From contig CAWHCQ010000038.1 in assembly GCA_963827755.1 (NCBI GenBank), positions 1-62,765 on the forward strand: 62,765 bases of DNA. Reading direction: 5' to 3'. Positions 23,362 through 32,892 of the stretch are shown here, piece after piece (the stretch's first letter is position 1; every line of letters begins with the position of its first letter). The translations under genes and the position numbers were made by a program. This DNA comes from an uncultured Gammaproteobacteria bacterium (lineage in GTDB: Bacteria > Pseudomonadota > Gammaproteobacteria > UBA9214). Below the pieces are notes generated by a model, which saw nothing but the letters and a program-made list of their open reading frames with translations, did not search any database and was not told the origin of the DNA.

Positions 23362-25773
23362 CTACTCCGCATAGCGCGCCACACGAAAACCGAGATCGGG
23401 CCGCGCCGTGCGGCTGTAGTCGCGGTAACTCAGGCGCAACTCCGAGATCGTCCCCTGGCGCCAGCTCGAACCGCGCACCACGTGGTGCTCGCCGGACACC
23501 GGTCCCAGCGGATCACGTACCGGTTTGCCGGCCTCACCCGGATACACGGCATAGTAATCGTGCATCCACTCGGCCACGTTGCCGCCGAGATCATGAAACC
23601 CCGCCGGCCAGGCCGCAAAGCTGCCCACTGCTGCTGCGACCCGGTGGCCGTCATTGTAGTCCGGAACGGTATTGGCAAGGGTGTCGGCAATGCTGGCATC
23701 GGCAAAATTGCCAACGACCTCCGTCGGCGGGAAAGTTCCGCTCCACGGGTAACGCTGTTCCGACTGGCGTGTATGCCTGCGCGCGACGTAGGCCCACTCC
23801 GCCTCGCTCGGCAGACGATAACCGCTTGCCAGCGGCAACACCGCCTGCAATCGTCCATTGACCTCGGCATAGGCCGGCGGCAACCCTTCACGGCCGCTCA
23901 ACCAGTTGCAGTAGCGGGCCGCATCCTCCCAGCTTACATTCACCACCGGCTGCCTGTCGGCATTCAGGCTCACGCCCTCGGATGAACCCGAACTGTGCGC
24001 AGGCTTGAACTGCCGGTACTCTGCATTGCTCACTTCTCTGCTCGCCAGGTAGAAGGGGCGCGTCAACTCTACCAGCCGTTCACTTTCATTGGCACGGCGC
24101 CCGGCATCGCGCCGCGATGCCCCCATGCGGAAATTCCCCTGCGGGCGCACCAGTTGCAACGGCTGACCGTCCGCACTTTTCCTGACAGCGGGCGTGGCGG
24201 CCGCCTGTTGCACGCTGCGCGCCTGCGCCTCGGTCAGCAGGGTGACATCGACATTCCGGCTGCTGCCGCTGCGCGGCGTGACCGTGACGGTTTTCGAGAC
24301 ATAGCCGGCTTTGCGAAATACCAGCGTGTGACTGCGCGTCGTCAGCTGCAGACGTTGCGTGGCCTTGCCGACATCCCTGCCGTCAACCTGCAAGGTTGCA
24401 TCCCCCGGCTGCGCGGTCACGAACACAATGCCGTACTCCGGTTTCAGTTTCGCATCGAGAGACTGCTCCTCGTCCGCTGCCAGCTGCAGTTGCTTCTCGT
24501 AGCGCCGGTAGCCCGGCCGTGTCAGGCGCAGGGTGTGTTCGACATTCGAGGCAAGCAACAGGGTAACCGGCGTGGTCCCGTTAAAGACACCATCGACACT
24601 CACACTGGCCCCCGCGGGATCACTGCCGAGCACCAGCCTGCCATCGGCCGGCTGCAAGCGGAACGTATCGAGCACCAGCTCGGCACCGGCCTGAACCACC
24701 TGCTGCAGCGACAGCGGCTTGTGTTTTTCAAGTGTCAGCAAAAGGCTGCGCTCGCCCTGCAGGAGCTCGGTATCCAGCGGCGTTACGCCGATCTCTGCAC
24801 CATCCACCTGCACGGATGCACCCTGCGGCAGGCTGTCGATGTGTACCCTGGCCCAGGCCGGCTGCAGGACAAGCGTTACACGCTGGGCCTCGCCCTTGCC
24901 GGCCACGGTCAGCAACTGTTCGACCGGCAGGTAGCGCGCCGTTTCGATACGCAGCCGCCGGCTTCCGCCGGGGATCTCCGCGACCTTGTCGCCGTCAACC
25001 GGCACCTCCATATCATCGATAAACAGTCTGAACGGGATATCCGGCTGCAGCTCGATACCGACCCGGCCGGGCAGCTCCTCGAACGCCAGATCGAACATCT
25101 GCAACCCGCCCGCAAGCACCTCGATGGTCTGCCGCAGCGGGCGGTAACCCGCACGTTCCGCGGTGACCGTGTAACGGCCGGGCAGGATCAGTTGACGCTC
25201 ACCGATGGAGACCGCCGGCGGGAATCCCTTCAGCGCCTGGCGTTCCGGTTGCGGTGTAATCCGCAACGTCACCGGTGTGGCCAGCAGCACGAACACGACC
25301 GCCAGCAGTAACAGAATGAACACACCGAGGGCGATCCTTCTCAGGGTGCGCTGACCCTGTGCAGGCACGGGCGTCTGCGGCACCTCCGGAAGCGACCGGT
25401 TATTCAGCGGCAGCGGCGAATCGGCCGGCGGGACCAGTACCGGTGCAGCGGCCCGCTTCTGTACAGTGATGTGGACCTGGTCACCCTGAACCTGCCAGTG
25501 GATGACCGACTCCCCGACCTCGACCACGTCACCCGACTTCAGCCACTTCGATGCTGCCAGGTGTTCGTGATTGTGAAACAGCGGTGTTTCCGTTTCGGTC
25601 GGCTGGATGAAGGCATGGCCGTCGGTCAACCCGATATGCGCCACGACGGCAGCGCCCGGCAGACCGGGCAGCACGATGCCGCCCTGCCCCGTGCCGCCGA
25701 TGGACAGTGGCAGGTCCGCAGCACCGAGGCGGCGCTCCCCGTGCGCATCATGGACAAAATAGACGTGGCTCAA
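23362..25773 (-). CDS. FHA-like / TM / multi-PEGA / FGE-sulfatase-fold (SUMF1-like) membrane protein
   Basis: S.P.GA.V.VDG...G.TP PEGA repeats; FRMG, EVSNAEY, PVVNVSWEDA..YCNWL, YRLPSEAEW, DLGGNVAEW, RGSSW, GFR. TTG start overlaps the upstream stop. Confidence 0.88.
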   Translation of the reverse strand: MSHVYFVHDAHGERRLGAADLPLSIGGTGQGGIVLPGLPGAAVVAHIGLTDGHAFIQPTETETPLFHNHEHLAASKWLKSGDVVEVGESVIHWQVQGDQVHITVQKRAAAPVLVPPADSPLPLNNRSLPEVPQTPVPAQGQRTLRRIALGVFILLLLAVVFVLLATPVTLRITPQPERQALKGFPPAVSIGERQLILPGRYTVTAERAGYRPLRQTIEVLAGGLQMFDLAFEELPGRVGIELQPDIPFRLFIDDMEVPVDGDKVAEIPGGSRRLRIETARYLPVEQLLTVAGKGEAQRVTLVLQPAWARVHIDSLPQGASVQVDGAEIGVTPLDTELLQGERSLLLTLEKHKPLSLQQVVQAGAELVLDTFRLQPADGRLVLGSDPAGASVSVDGVFNGTTPVTLLLASNVEHTLRLTRPGYRRYEKQLQLAADEEQSLDAKLKPEYGIVFVTAQPGDATLQVDGRDVGKATQRLQLTTRSHTLVFRKAGYVSKTVTVTPRSGSSRNVDVTLLTEAQARSVQQAAATPAVRKSADGQPLQLVRPQGNFRMGASRRDAGRRANESERLVELTRPFYLASREVSNAEYRQFKPAHSSGSSEGVSLNADRQPVVNVSWEDAARYCNWLSGREGLPPAYAEVNGRLQAVLPLASGYRLPSEAEWAYVARRHTRQSEQRYPWSGTFPPTEVVGNFADASIADTLANTVPDYNDGHRVAAAVGSFAAWPAGFHDLGGNVAEWMHDYYAVYPGEAGKPVRDPLGPVSGEHHVVRGSSWRQGTISELRLSYRDYSRTARPDLGFRVARYAE

Positions 25774-27197
25774 ATCAGTTCCACGCAACGCACCAGCAAC
25801 GACGGACGAGACATACCCGGGCGTACCCTGAATACCTTGCGTACATCACGATAACCAGGCCGGCTGCCGACGACGGTATAGTCACCCGGCAGCAATTCCA
25901 GCTGATGCGTGTCGAACTGGCCGAGTCGCCCGACGCGATAGATCGCCACGCTGGTCGCACCGTCCGAGTTCAGGGTAACCGCAACCGGCGTGCCGGCCCG
26001 GCTCACCAGTTCGCGCAGTGCCGTGATTTTTTTTGCCAGCCGCGGTTCACCCTGCGGCGCCTCGCTGGCGCTGGCAAGCAACTGTCTGGCATTGGCCAGC
26101 GGTTCGGTCGAGAACACCCGGACCGGGTTGTCAAGATAGTGATCGAACTGTGCGTGCAACGCGATCCGCTGCTCTGCACGGCGCATCCCCTCGCGGGCAA
26201 AACCTGCCACCGGGTCGATGTCCAGCGCCTTGCGGTACAATCCAGCGGCGGCCTGCCAGTCTTCGGCCGCGACCCTGTTCGACGCCTGCCGGCGCAACAT
26301 TTTCAGCGCGGCCTGCATCCGCATCTGCTCCAGGCGTTGCCGCGCATCCCGGACCACGGAATCACCGGGCCGCAGGCGTCCGGCCGCGGCCAGTGCCTTG
26401 CCGGCCGCACCCGTCTGGCCGGCATCCAGTGATGCCAGCGCCCGGGTCATGGCTGCATTGAAATCACGTGCATTGATCTGTGCGCTCACCCGTTGCAGCG
26501 CCGCCGCGGCCTGCGCATGGTCCGCATCCAGCTGCACCGCCTCCCGGTAGGCCGCCGCGGCCGCCTCGAAATTGCCGTTGGCTTCCGCGGCCTGCCCCCG
26601 GTTTATCTGCTCGATGACGGCCCTGCGGCTGTGCGCCCGTGCAAGACCACGCGTGGCAAACGGGTGCCCGGCCTCGATAGCCAGTGCCGCTTCATATCGG
26701 GAGATGGCCGTGGAGGCATCATTCTCCGCCAGTGCACGGGCGGCCTCATCAAGTGCCGTGGCCAGCAGCGACGCCCGGTTGTCGACAAGCAGCTGCAGGC
26801 GGTCGAGGCCTGCCCGATAGTCCCGGGCCGCCGCAGCGAATTGCCGCTGTGTAAAATAACGGTCGCCACTGGCTACCAGCGCGGCCGCGGCACCCCACTC
26901 CGGCTCACCCCAGGCCGCGGCATTATCGAGCTCCATCCTGGCACGCTGTTGCAGGTAAGCCTGCAGGGCCCGGCGCGCCGTGTCGCGCGCTGCCGCGCTG
27001 TCACCGGCCGCCGGGGCCGGCATATCTTCCAGCATGGCGGTCTCGTCGACCGGGCCAACCAGGTCCGGAAGCAGGAAGATCACGACCATCCCCAGCAAAA
27101 GCAACGCGGCCAGCATGGCCAACGGCCAGCGCTGGTTCGCGGACGTAGTCGCAGCAGGCGGCCGCCCGGGTGGCTGCAAGGTGGTTGAATCCGTCAT
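25770..27197 (-). CDS. Membrane-anchored TPR-like helical protein with C-terminal PEGA-like domain
   Basis: N-terminal TM, repeated A...Y..AL..DP TPR patterns, C-terminal L.PGDYTVVGSRPGYRDVR. Confidence 0.8.
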   Translation of the reverse strand: MTDSTTLQPPGRPPAATTSANQRWPLAMLAALLLLGMVVIFLLPDLVGPVDETAMLEDMPAPAAGDSAAARDTARRALQAYLQQRARMELDNAAAWGEPEWGAAAALVASGDRYFTQRQFAAAARDYRAGLDRLQLLVDNRASLLATALDEAARALAENDASTAISRYEAALAIEAGHPFATRGLARAHSRRAVIEQINRGQAAEANGNFEAAAAAYREAVQLDADHAQAAAALQRVSAQINARDFNAAMTRALASLDAGQTGAAGKALAAAGRLRPGDSVVRDARQRLEQMRMQAALKMLRRQASNRVAAEDWQAAAGLYRKALDIDPVAGFAREGMRRAEQRIALHAQFDHYLDNPVRVFSTEPLANARQLLASASEAPQGEPRLAKKITALRELVSRAGTPVAVTLNSDGATSVAIYRVGRLGQFDTHQLELLPGDYTVVGSRPGYRDVRKVFRVRPGMSRPSLLVRCVELI

Positions 27198-27235
27198 ACC
27201 GGGTTGTTCGCGGACGTCCAGGTTGACAGCCACGG

Positions 27236-28441
27236 TCAGGAACCGGCCAGGCCGGTCTCGGAGACATAGATGCGCTTCAGCAGGGCACGCCACCGGGCGT
27301 ATTGCACTTCGGCCGATCCGGTCAGTTCGTGGGTCTCGCCCTCCACCTCGACGACCATCGGCCGGGCCTCGGAGGAGAAGGATTCATCCAGCTCGATAAT
27401 GGCATCGCGATGGATTTTGGTTTCCGACGACTTGTCGAAACCGGTCTTGATGGCGTATGCGCCGCCCAGCACCAGGACATCACGCAGCACGCCGGAACCG
27501 GCATTGTTGCCGTCGCTCGAGGCCTCGATGGCGACGGCGCCAATGATGGCCGCCGCACCCAGCAGCTTGCGCTTCAGTGCCTCGCGTTCCAGTTCACGCA
27601 GGTTGGTGGCCTCCTCGCTGCGTGCCTTGCGCCACTGTGTGTAGGGCTCCTCCATTTGCCGGGTGAAATTATCGAAATGACCGTTCAGAGTGTCGATCAG
27701 CATAAAGTCCCGGTCGCGGATGGCCAATACCCGCTGGTACATCGGGTCATCTGCCGCCGGCAGGTGCATGACCCTGACCGTATCCTGGTCTGTTTCCAGG
27801 TAACCATTGAAGGCGTCCGGTGCGAGGTCTTCCGCAAAGTGCAGAGCGGCAACCCGGCGGATAGCCGAGGTTTCTGCAGCATCCAGCCTGACGCGGACTT
27901 CGGCAAGGTCATTGGCAATGGTGTTGTAGAGCGACTGGAATACCTCACTGCCATTACTGCCGCTTTGCAGGTATCGCGTGTACTCGATTTCTTCCCGGTA
28001 GGTACGCCTGAACCACTCGCGCCCGGTTGCATCCAGCGCCTTTATTTCCAGTACCAGGCGCTCGCCGTCGGATTCCAGGATGGTGCCGCGCACCAGCAGC
28101 TCGCTGCCCGTGGTGTCCTGCGGCACCATGCGCACGGCACCCCAGTAACCGGTGCTTTCCATTGTGGTGCGCAGTTGTTCCGGCAGATAACGGGCCTCGG
28201 CCTCGCGAATATCCATGGAAAGTCCCATGGCCTTGTCTTCATCGTCCGGAAGTTTGCCCGGGTCGAACAACTCCACCCAGACATCCAGCAGCTGCTCTTC
28301 AGGCAACTCGGTAACCGCCTTGTTCAGAGGCACCTTGCCATCAACATTGCGTGCCGGTCCAAGCGTGCTGCAGCCGTGCAGCAGCGCGAACAGCAGGAAC
28401 AGAAATACTGGCTTGCTAAATCTCATGGTATTGGCCTTCAT
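27236..28441 (-). CDS. Hypothetical lipoprotein
   Basis: Lipobox LLHGC; 401-aa ORF whose start abuts the upstream stop. Confidence 0.8.
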   Translation of the reverse strand: MKANTMRFSKPVFLFLLFALLHGCSTLGPARNVDGKVPLNKAVTELPEEQLLDVWVELFDPGKLPDDEDKAMGLSMDIREAEARYLPEQLRTTMESTGYWGAVRMVPQDTTGSELLVRGTILESDGERLVLEIKALDATGREWFRRTYREEIEYTRYLQSGSNGSEVFQSLYNTIANDLAEVRVRLDAAETSAIRRVAALHFAEDLAPDAFNGYLETDQDTVRVMHLPAADDPMYQRVLAIRDRDFMLIDTLNGHFDNFTRQMEEPYTQWRKARSEEATNLRELEREALKRKLLGAAAIIGAVAIEASSDGNNAGSGVLRDVLVLGGAYAIKTGFDKSSETKIHRDAIIELDESFSSEARPMVVEVEGETHELTGSAEVQYARWRALLKRIYVSETGLAGS

Positions 28442-29217
28442 CAGCGTGTGCCTTGCTTGTACTTGCGGTATTCCTCCCAGAGTTTCTTCTTCAGTTCGGG
28501 GTCGGTCTCCTTCTCGGCAGCCTCGCGCAGTTGCCGCGCCACCACGTCATCATCACTGCCGTCCGGGATATCCGGCGGTGTTCCCGGTCCGCCGCCCTGG
28601 CGCTGTGCCCCGCGGCCCGCCCCGCGGCCGTAACTGGTATCGCTGCCACCCTCCGGGTTCGCCCCGGATTTGCCTGCTGCACTTTCAGCACCTTCTGCGC
28701 CTTCTGCACCTTCTGTACCTTCAGTGCCTTCCCCTGTGCCTGCAGCGCCTGTGCCGCCACCGGCAGCATCCGTCATGGGCGCCGCGGCCCTGATGCGATC
28801 CTGTTCGCGCAGCAGCATTTCATCAAACTCACCAAGGCCGGCAAACAATTCTGCATCGAAGGCAGCGAGCTGTTCATCCATGGTTTTCTCCGCCGCCTGG
28901 TCGATCGCTGCGGGGGCGAGAAATAGCGGCGGCTGCAACGGACAGCCCAGATCAGGCGACATTTGAAGACCGGCCTCGGCCAGCGCCACGCAGTCCTCGG
29001 CAACCTGGCGGTGCAGGCGGGCGACATAGCTGGCATAGTCAGCGGCTTCTACACCATTAAGACTGCCACGCTGCCGCCGTGCATGAAAATCCTGCTCGGC
29101 AGCATTCAGGGCGGCATGGTCGATGTGCAAGCGGTCAAGCAGCTGCAGATTATCGGCAGCCGACCCGCAGCTTGCCAGCAACAATCCTGCCATTATCAAT
29201 AATCTATCATGCTTCAC
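28441..29217 (-). CDS. Hypothetical exported (possibly lipo-)protein with Gly-rich linker and acidic helical C-terminus
   Basis: LLLASC N-terminus; GTEGAE linker; PPDIPDGSDDDVVARQLREAAEKETDPELKKKLWEEYRKYK. Confidence 0.75.
   Translation of the reverse strand: MKHDRLLIMAGLLLASCGSAADNLQLLDRLHIDHAALNAAEQDFHARRQRGSLNGVEAADYASYVARLHRQVAEDCVALAEAGLQMSPDLGCPLQPPLFLAPAAIDQAAEKTMDEQLAAFDAELFAGLGEFDEMLLREQDRIRAAAPMTDAAGGGTGAAGTGEGTEGTEGAEGAEGAESAAGKSGANPEGGSDTSYGRGAGRGAQRQGGGPGTPPDIPDGSDDDVVARQLREAAEKETDPELKKKLWEEYRKYKQGTR
28685..28740. repeat. Coding 9-bp tandem repeat (G-A/T-E)n
   Basis: Units of the CCTTCTGCA/CCTTCTGTA/CCTTCAGTG type encoding GEGTEGTEGAEGAEGAE on the minus strand. Confidence 0.75.
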
Positions 29218-29292
29218 AGCATCTCCCGCGTCCCCGAAACACTCATACCATGTTAATACGCATGACACTTATAGAGGAAACGCATTCCACCG

Positions 29293-29367
29293 GATTCCCG
29301 GGAATCGGGCTAAAATCAACATTTTTTAACAATTTCCCCACGCTACCGGTCTCGATTCCGGGAATCG
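29293..29367. promoter_or_regulatory. Two copies of palindrome GATTCC(C)GGGAATC upstream of the vWA/ExbB operon (candidate operators)
   Basis: GATTCCCGGGAATC at 29293-29306 and CGATTCCGGGAATCG at 29353-29367, flanking an AT-rich tract. Confidence 0.45.
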
Positions 29368-29444
29368 TTGATCCTGGTGGTTCGACTGTTTATTGCGGGA
29401 TACATTCCCCTGGACTTCCGGGTCAGGCAAGAAAGGTCATTCCT

Positions 29445-30071
29445 TCAGCGCCCGGCAGTGACGAGTTTCAGGGCCAGGCCAAGGAACACGGCTCCAGCCA
29501 CCCGGTTCATGACGATCTGCGCACGCGTCGACGTTCGCAGCCGGTTGCCCAGAAAGCCGGCGGCCCATGCTATCGAACCGAACACAATGAGCGTTGCCAT
29601 TATGAACAGCGCACCGAAATAAAATAGTTGCAGCGTCAGCGAGCCTCGCGCCGGATCTGCGAACTGCGGAAGAAATGCCAGAAAAAAGATCGCGACCTTC
29701 GGATTTGTGACGTTCATGATGACTCCACGCGCATACAGCCGGGATCTGCTTGCAGCCGGGGTATGGTTTTGGGGAATATCAGATGCGCCTGCCCGAAAGG
29801 CCAGCCATGCAAGATAAAGCAGGTAGGCGGCTCCCAGTATCTTCAGGAAATTAAACGCCGTAACAGAGGTCTGAAAAACTGCGGCCACTCCCAGGGACAC
29901 CGCCGTGGTATGAACAAGGATACCCGTGCAGAGACCCATGGTTACTACCAACCCGGCCACGCGGCCATGAAGCGCACTTTGCGTGAGTACGAAGATGTTG
30001 TCGGGACCGGGTGCCAGCGCTAAAGCAATCGACGCAGCGAAAAAAACACAGACGATATCGAACGGGATCAT
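29445..30071 (-). CDS. LysE/RhtB family translocator
   Basis: APGPDNIFV, GAAYLLYLA, NVTNPKVAIFFLAFLPQF. Confidence 0.93.
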   Translation of the reverse strand: MIPFDIVCVFFAASIALALAPGPDNIFVLTQSALHGRVAGLVVTMGLCTGILVHTTAVSLGVAAVFQTSVTAFNFLKILGAAYLLYLAWLAFRAGASDIPQNHTPAASRSRLYARGVIMNVTNPKVAIFFLAFLPQFADPARGSLTLQLFYFGALFIMATLIVFGSIAWAAGFLGNRLRTSTRAQIVMNRVAGAVFLGLALKLVTAGR

Positions 30072-30257
30072 TTTCGGAACTCCACAGCCTGAAGCCTGCG
30101 ATGAATATCTTCGAGTGACAATGATGTCAACAGCGGGCAAACGTTACCGCACATCCAGGCCGGGTTTCGCAGGAGCCGGCGACAGCTCGCGAATCTTTCT
30201 GCAATCCATGAAACCCTTCGCCAGTTGTCGCCGGCTCCTGCTAATGGCGGACCAGCC

Positions 30258-31655
30258 TCAGTGTTTCTTCTTCACATGCCGCATCAAACGGCTCTTGCGC
30301 TTCAGCTGGCGTCCCGTCAACTTGTTTTTACGGCCTTTAAAGGGGTTGTCCCCGGTGCGGAACTCGATCCGTATCGGCGTGCCGGTGATTTTCAGCGCTG
30401 CACGAAAGGCATTCACCAGGTAGCGTTTGTAGGTCTCGGGGACCTGCCTTGTCTGGTTGCCATGGATAACGATGACCGGGGGGTTCTTGCCGCCCTGGTG
30501 GGCATAGCGCAACTTGATGCGGCGCCCGCGTACCATAGGCGGCTGGTGCGCCTCTACAGCGCGTTCCAGGATCCTGTTTAAAGCAGGGGTTGCCAGCTCG
30601 CGCATGGCCGAGGCATAGGCCTTGTTGATCTGCGGGAACAGGTCACCGACGCCGGTCCCGTGCAGCGCTGATATGAAACAGGTTGTTGCAAAGTCGAGAA
30701 ACGGCAGCCTGCGCTCCAGCTGCCCGGCAATCCGGCCGCGGTCATAGTCATCCAGACCGTCCCACTTGTTTACCGCGACAATCAGCGCCCGCCCCTTTTC
30801 GGCGATATAACCGGCAAGATTCGCATCCTGCTCGCTGATCTCCAGTTGCGCATCCAGCACCAGGATGACCACGTGGGCTGCATCGACGGCCTGCAGCGTC
30901 TTGATGACACTGAATTTCTCGATGGCCTGGCTGACGCGTGAGCGACGCCGCACCCCGGCCGTATCGATCAGCGTATAGGCCTGGCCGTCACGCTCGAAGG
31001 GGATAAAGATACTGTCACGGGTAGTGCCCGGCTGGTCGAAGGCGAGCACCCGCTGCTCGCCCATGATCCGGTTGATCAAGGTGGACTTGCCGACATTGGG
31101 CCGGCCGACGATGGCAACGCGGATGCGTTCATCGTCGGGCTCCGTGGCGGGGGAATCGTCTGCCGCCGGCAGTTGCTGCAGTGCAACTGCCATCAGAGCG
31201 GCGACGCCTCGCCCGTGGGCGGCGGCAATCGCCCGGGGCTCGCCGATACCGAGCGCATGAAATTCCGCCAGTGATGCCCCGGCATCGATCCCGTCGGTCT
31301 TGTTCACCACCAGCACGCGCGGCTTTCCGGTGCGCCGCAGTGCTTTGGCGACCACTTCATCAGCCGCGGTCAGGCCCTCGCGCCCGTCAACCAGAAAAAA
31401 TACCAGGTCTGCTTCTTCAACGGCCTGCCAGGACTGCTGCGCCATCAGGTTATCCAGGTCTTCCCCGGTCTCCGACAGCCCGCCGGTATCGACTACGATA
31501 TACGGACGATCTCCAATCGTGCCATCCCCGTACTTACGGTCACGCGTCAGCCCCGGAACATCGGCGACCAGCGCATCCCGCGTCCCGGTCAATCGATTGA
31601 ATAACGTGGACTTGCCCACATTCGGGCGGCCCACCAGGGCGATTACCGGTAACAT
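30258..31655 (-). CDS. der: Ribosome biogenesis GTPase Der (EngA)
   Basis: Two [10 protein letters not shown]-domains; [10 protein letters not shown]. Confidence 0.98.
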   Translation of the reverse strand: MLPVIALVGRPNVGKSTLFNRLTGTRDALVADVPGLTRDRKYGDGTIGDRPYIVVDTGGLSETGEDLDNLMAQQSWQAVEEADLVFFLVDGREGLTAADEVVAKALRRTGKPRVLVVNKTDGIDAGASLAEFHALGIGEPRAIAAAHGRGVAALMAVALQQLPAADDSPATEPDDERIRVAIVGRPNVGKSTLINRIMGEQRVLAFDQPGTTRDSIFIPFERDGQAYTLIDTAGVRRRSRVSQAIEKFSVIKTLQAVDAAHVVILVLDAQLEISEQDANLAGYIAEKGRALIVAVNKWDGLDDYDRGRIAGQLERRLPFLDFATTCFISALHGTGVGDLFPQINKAYASAMRELATPALNRILERAVEAHQPPMVRGRRIKLRYAHQGGKNPPVIVIHGNQTRQVPETYKRYLVNAFRAALKITGTPIRIEFRTGDNPFKGRKNKLTGRQLKRKSRLMRHVKKKH

Positions 31656-31731
31656 TGAACTGTACTTGATGCAGACTCAGGGATAGTTGATAAAAAGCAG
31701 TGCCCGGCAATATGTCCCGGCAACGAGGCAA

Positions 31732-32892
31732 TCAGCCCCCGGGCAAGGCATAGGCGGCCAGCGTGCCGCTGTTACCATAGACATAAAGGATATCGTTTTG
31801 CACCAGTGGCCTGGCTGAAATACCCTTCGAGTCAACCTTCACACGTCCGACAATGTGGCCGTCCTGGCGTGACAACAGGTGCAGGTAACCCTCAAAATCA
31901 CCCACGGCAACGTACTGCCCGAAAGGTACGGGCGCCGTCAGGCTGCGATGCTGCAGCTGGTTCAGCTTCCAGACAGACGCGCCGCTGTTACGCGTCAGCG
32001 CCCACACATGGCTCATGTCATCGGTCACGTATACCTGTGAAAAATCCACGCCGAGCCCTGCGTGTGAAGACATGTCCCGTTTCCAGCCGGCTTCACCATT
32101 TTGCAGATTGATAACGGCAATATGACCCTGAAAAGTCGCGACGTAGACGGCATTACCGACAATAACCGGATCAGCATCGATGTCGATCATGCGCTCCAGC
32201 TCGGAACGACCGCTGGGGATCGCGATATTGCTCTCCCAGAGGGCAAACCCCTTCTCGGCGCTGATTGCGGCCAGCTTGCCGTTGGAGAATCCCGCCACAA
32301 CCAGTCCGTGCTCGACAGCCGGCGTACTGGTTCCGCGCAGCGTCAGCACCGGCACCGAGCGGTCGTAAACCCAGAGTTGCTGGCCGTCGGTCTTGTTCAG
32401 TGCAGTAATGTTGCCATCCGCTGCCTGCACTATGACCCTGCCGATATCGATCCTCGGCACCGAGAGCACTTCACTGCTGACACGGGCCTTCCACAGCAGT
32501 TCACCATTCGAGGCGTCCAGTGCCAGCACCTCGGCATCGCTTGTCCCGACAAGGACGACGCCTTCACCGGCGCCCGGCCCTGCTGAAATAAGCACATCCG
32601 TTTTCACCTCCCAGTTGCGCTTGCCCGTTTTGGCATCGAAGGCGGCCACACGGCCCTTGCGATCGGCGACGAACACCTGGTCGTAACTGACAACCGGCAC
32701 CAGCTTGATGAACTGCTCGTCATAGCCGACGCCGACACGTTCACTCCAGAGCTTCTTGAGGCTGACTTCCTCTGTCAGCTTTTCCAGTTCTGCCGGTGGT
32801 TCCGAGTTGTCACTGTCACCGAAAATAGACGACATGGTAGAGCAGCCTGTCAACAGGCCTGCAAGCAGGAAAACACCAGCCAACTTTTTCAC
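31732..32892 (-). CDS. bamB: Outer membrane protein assembly factor BamB
   Basis: Lipobox LTGC, PQQ-like repeats, LTLRGTSTP, ELERMIDID; yfgM-bamB-der synteny. Confidence 0.96.
   Translation of the reverse strand: MKKLAGVFLLAGLLTGCSTMSSIFGDSDNSEPPAELEKLTEEVSLKKLWSERVGVGYDEQFIKLVPVVSYDQVFVADRKGRVAAFDAKTGKRNWEVKTDVLISAGPGAGEGVVLVGTSDAEVLALDASNGELLWKARVSSEVLSVPRIDIGRVIVQAADGNITALNKTDGQQLWVYDRSVPVLTLRGTSTPAVEHGLVVAGFSNGKLAAISAEKGFALWESNIAIPSGRSELERMIDIDADPVIVGNAVYVATFQGHIAVINLQNGEAGWKRDMSSHAGLGVDFSQVYVTDDMSHVWALTRNSGASVWKLNQLQHRSLTAPVPFGQYVAVGDFEGYLHLLSRQDGHIVGRVKVDSKGISARPLVQNDILYVYGNSGTLAAYALPGG

Noticed and set aside
23362-24200. DGR target (FGE-type C-lectin fold)
   Set aside because: No reverse transcriptase and no template repeat with adenine-specific mismatches seen in the window; a remote DGR cannot be excluded.
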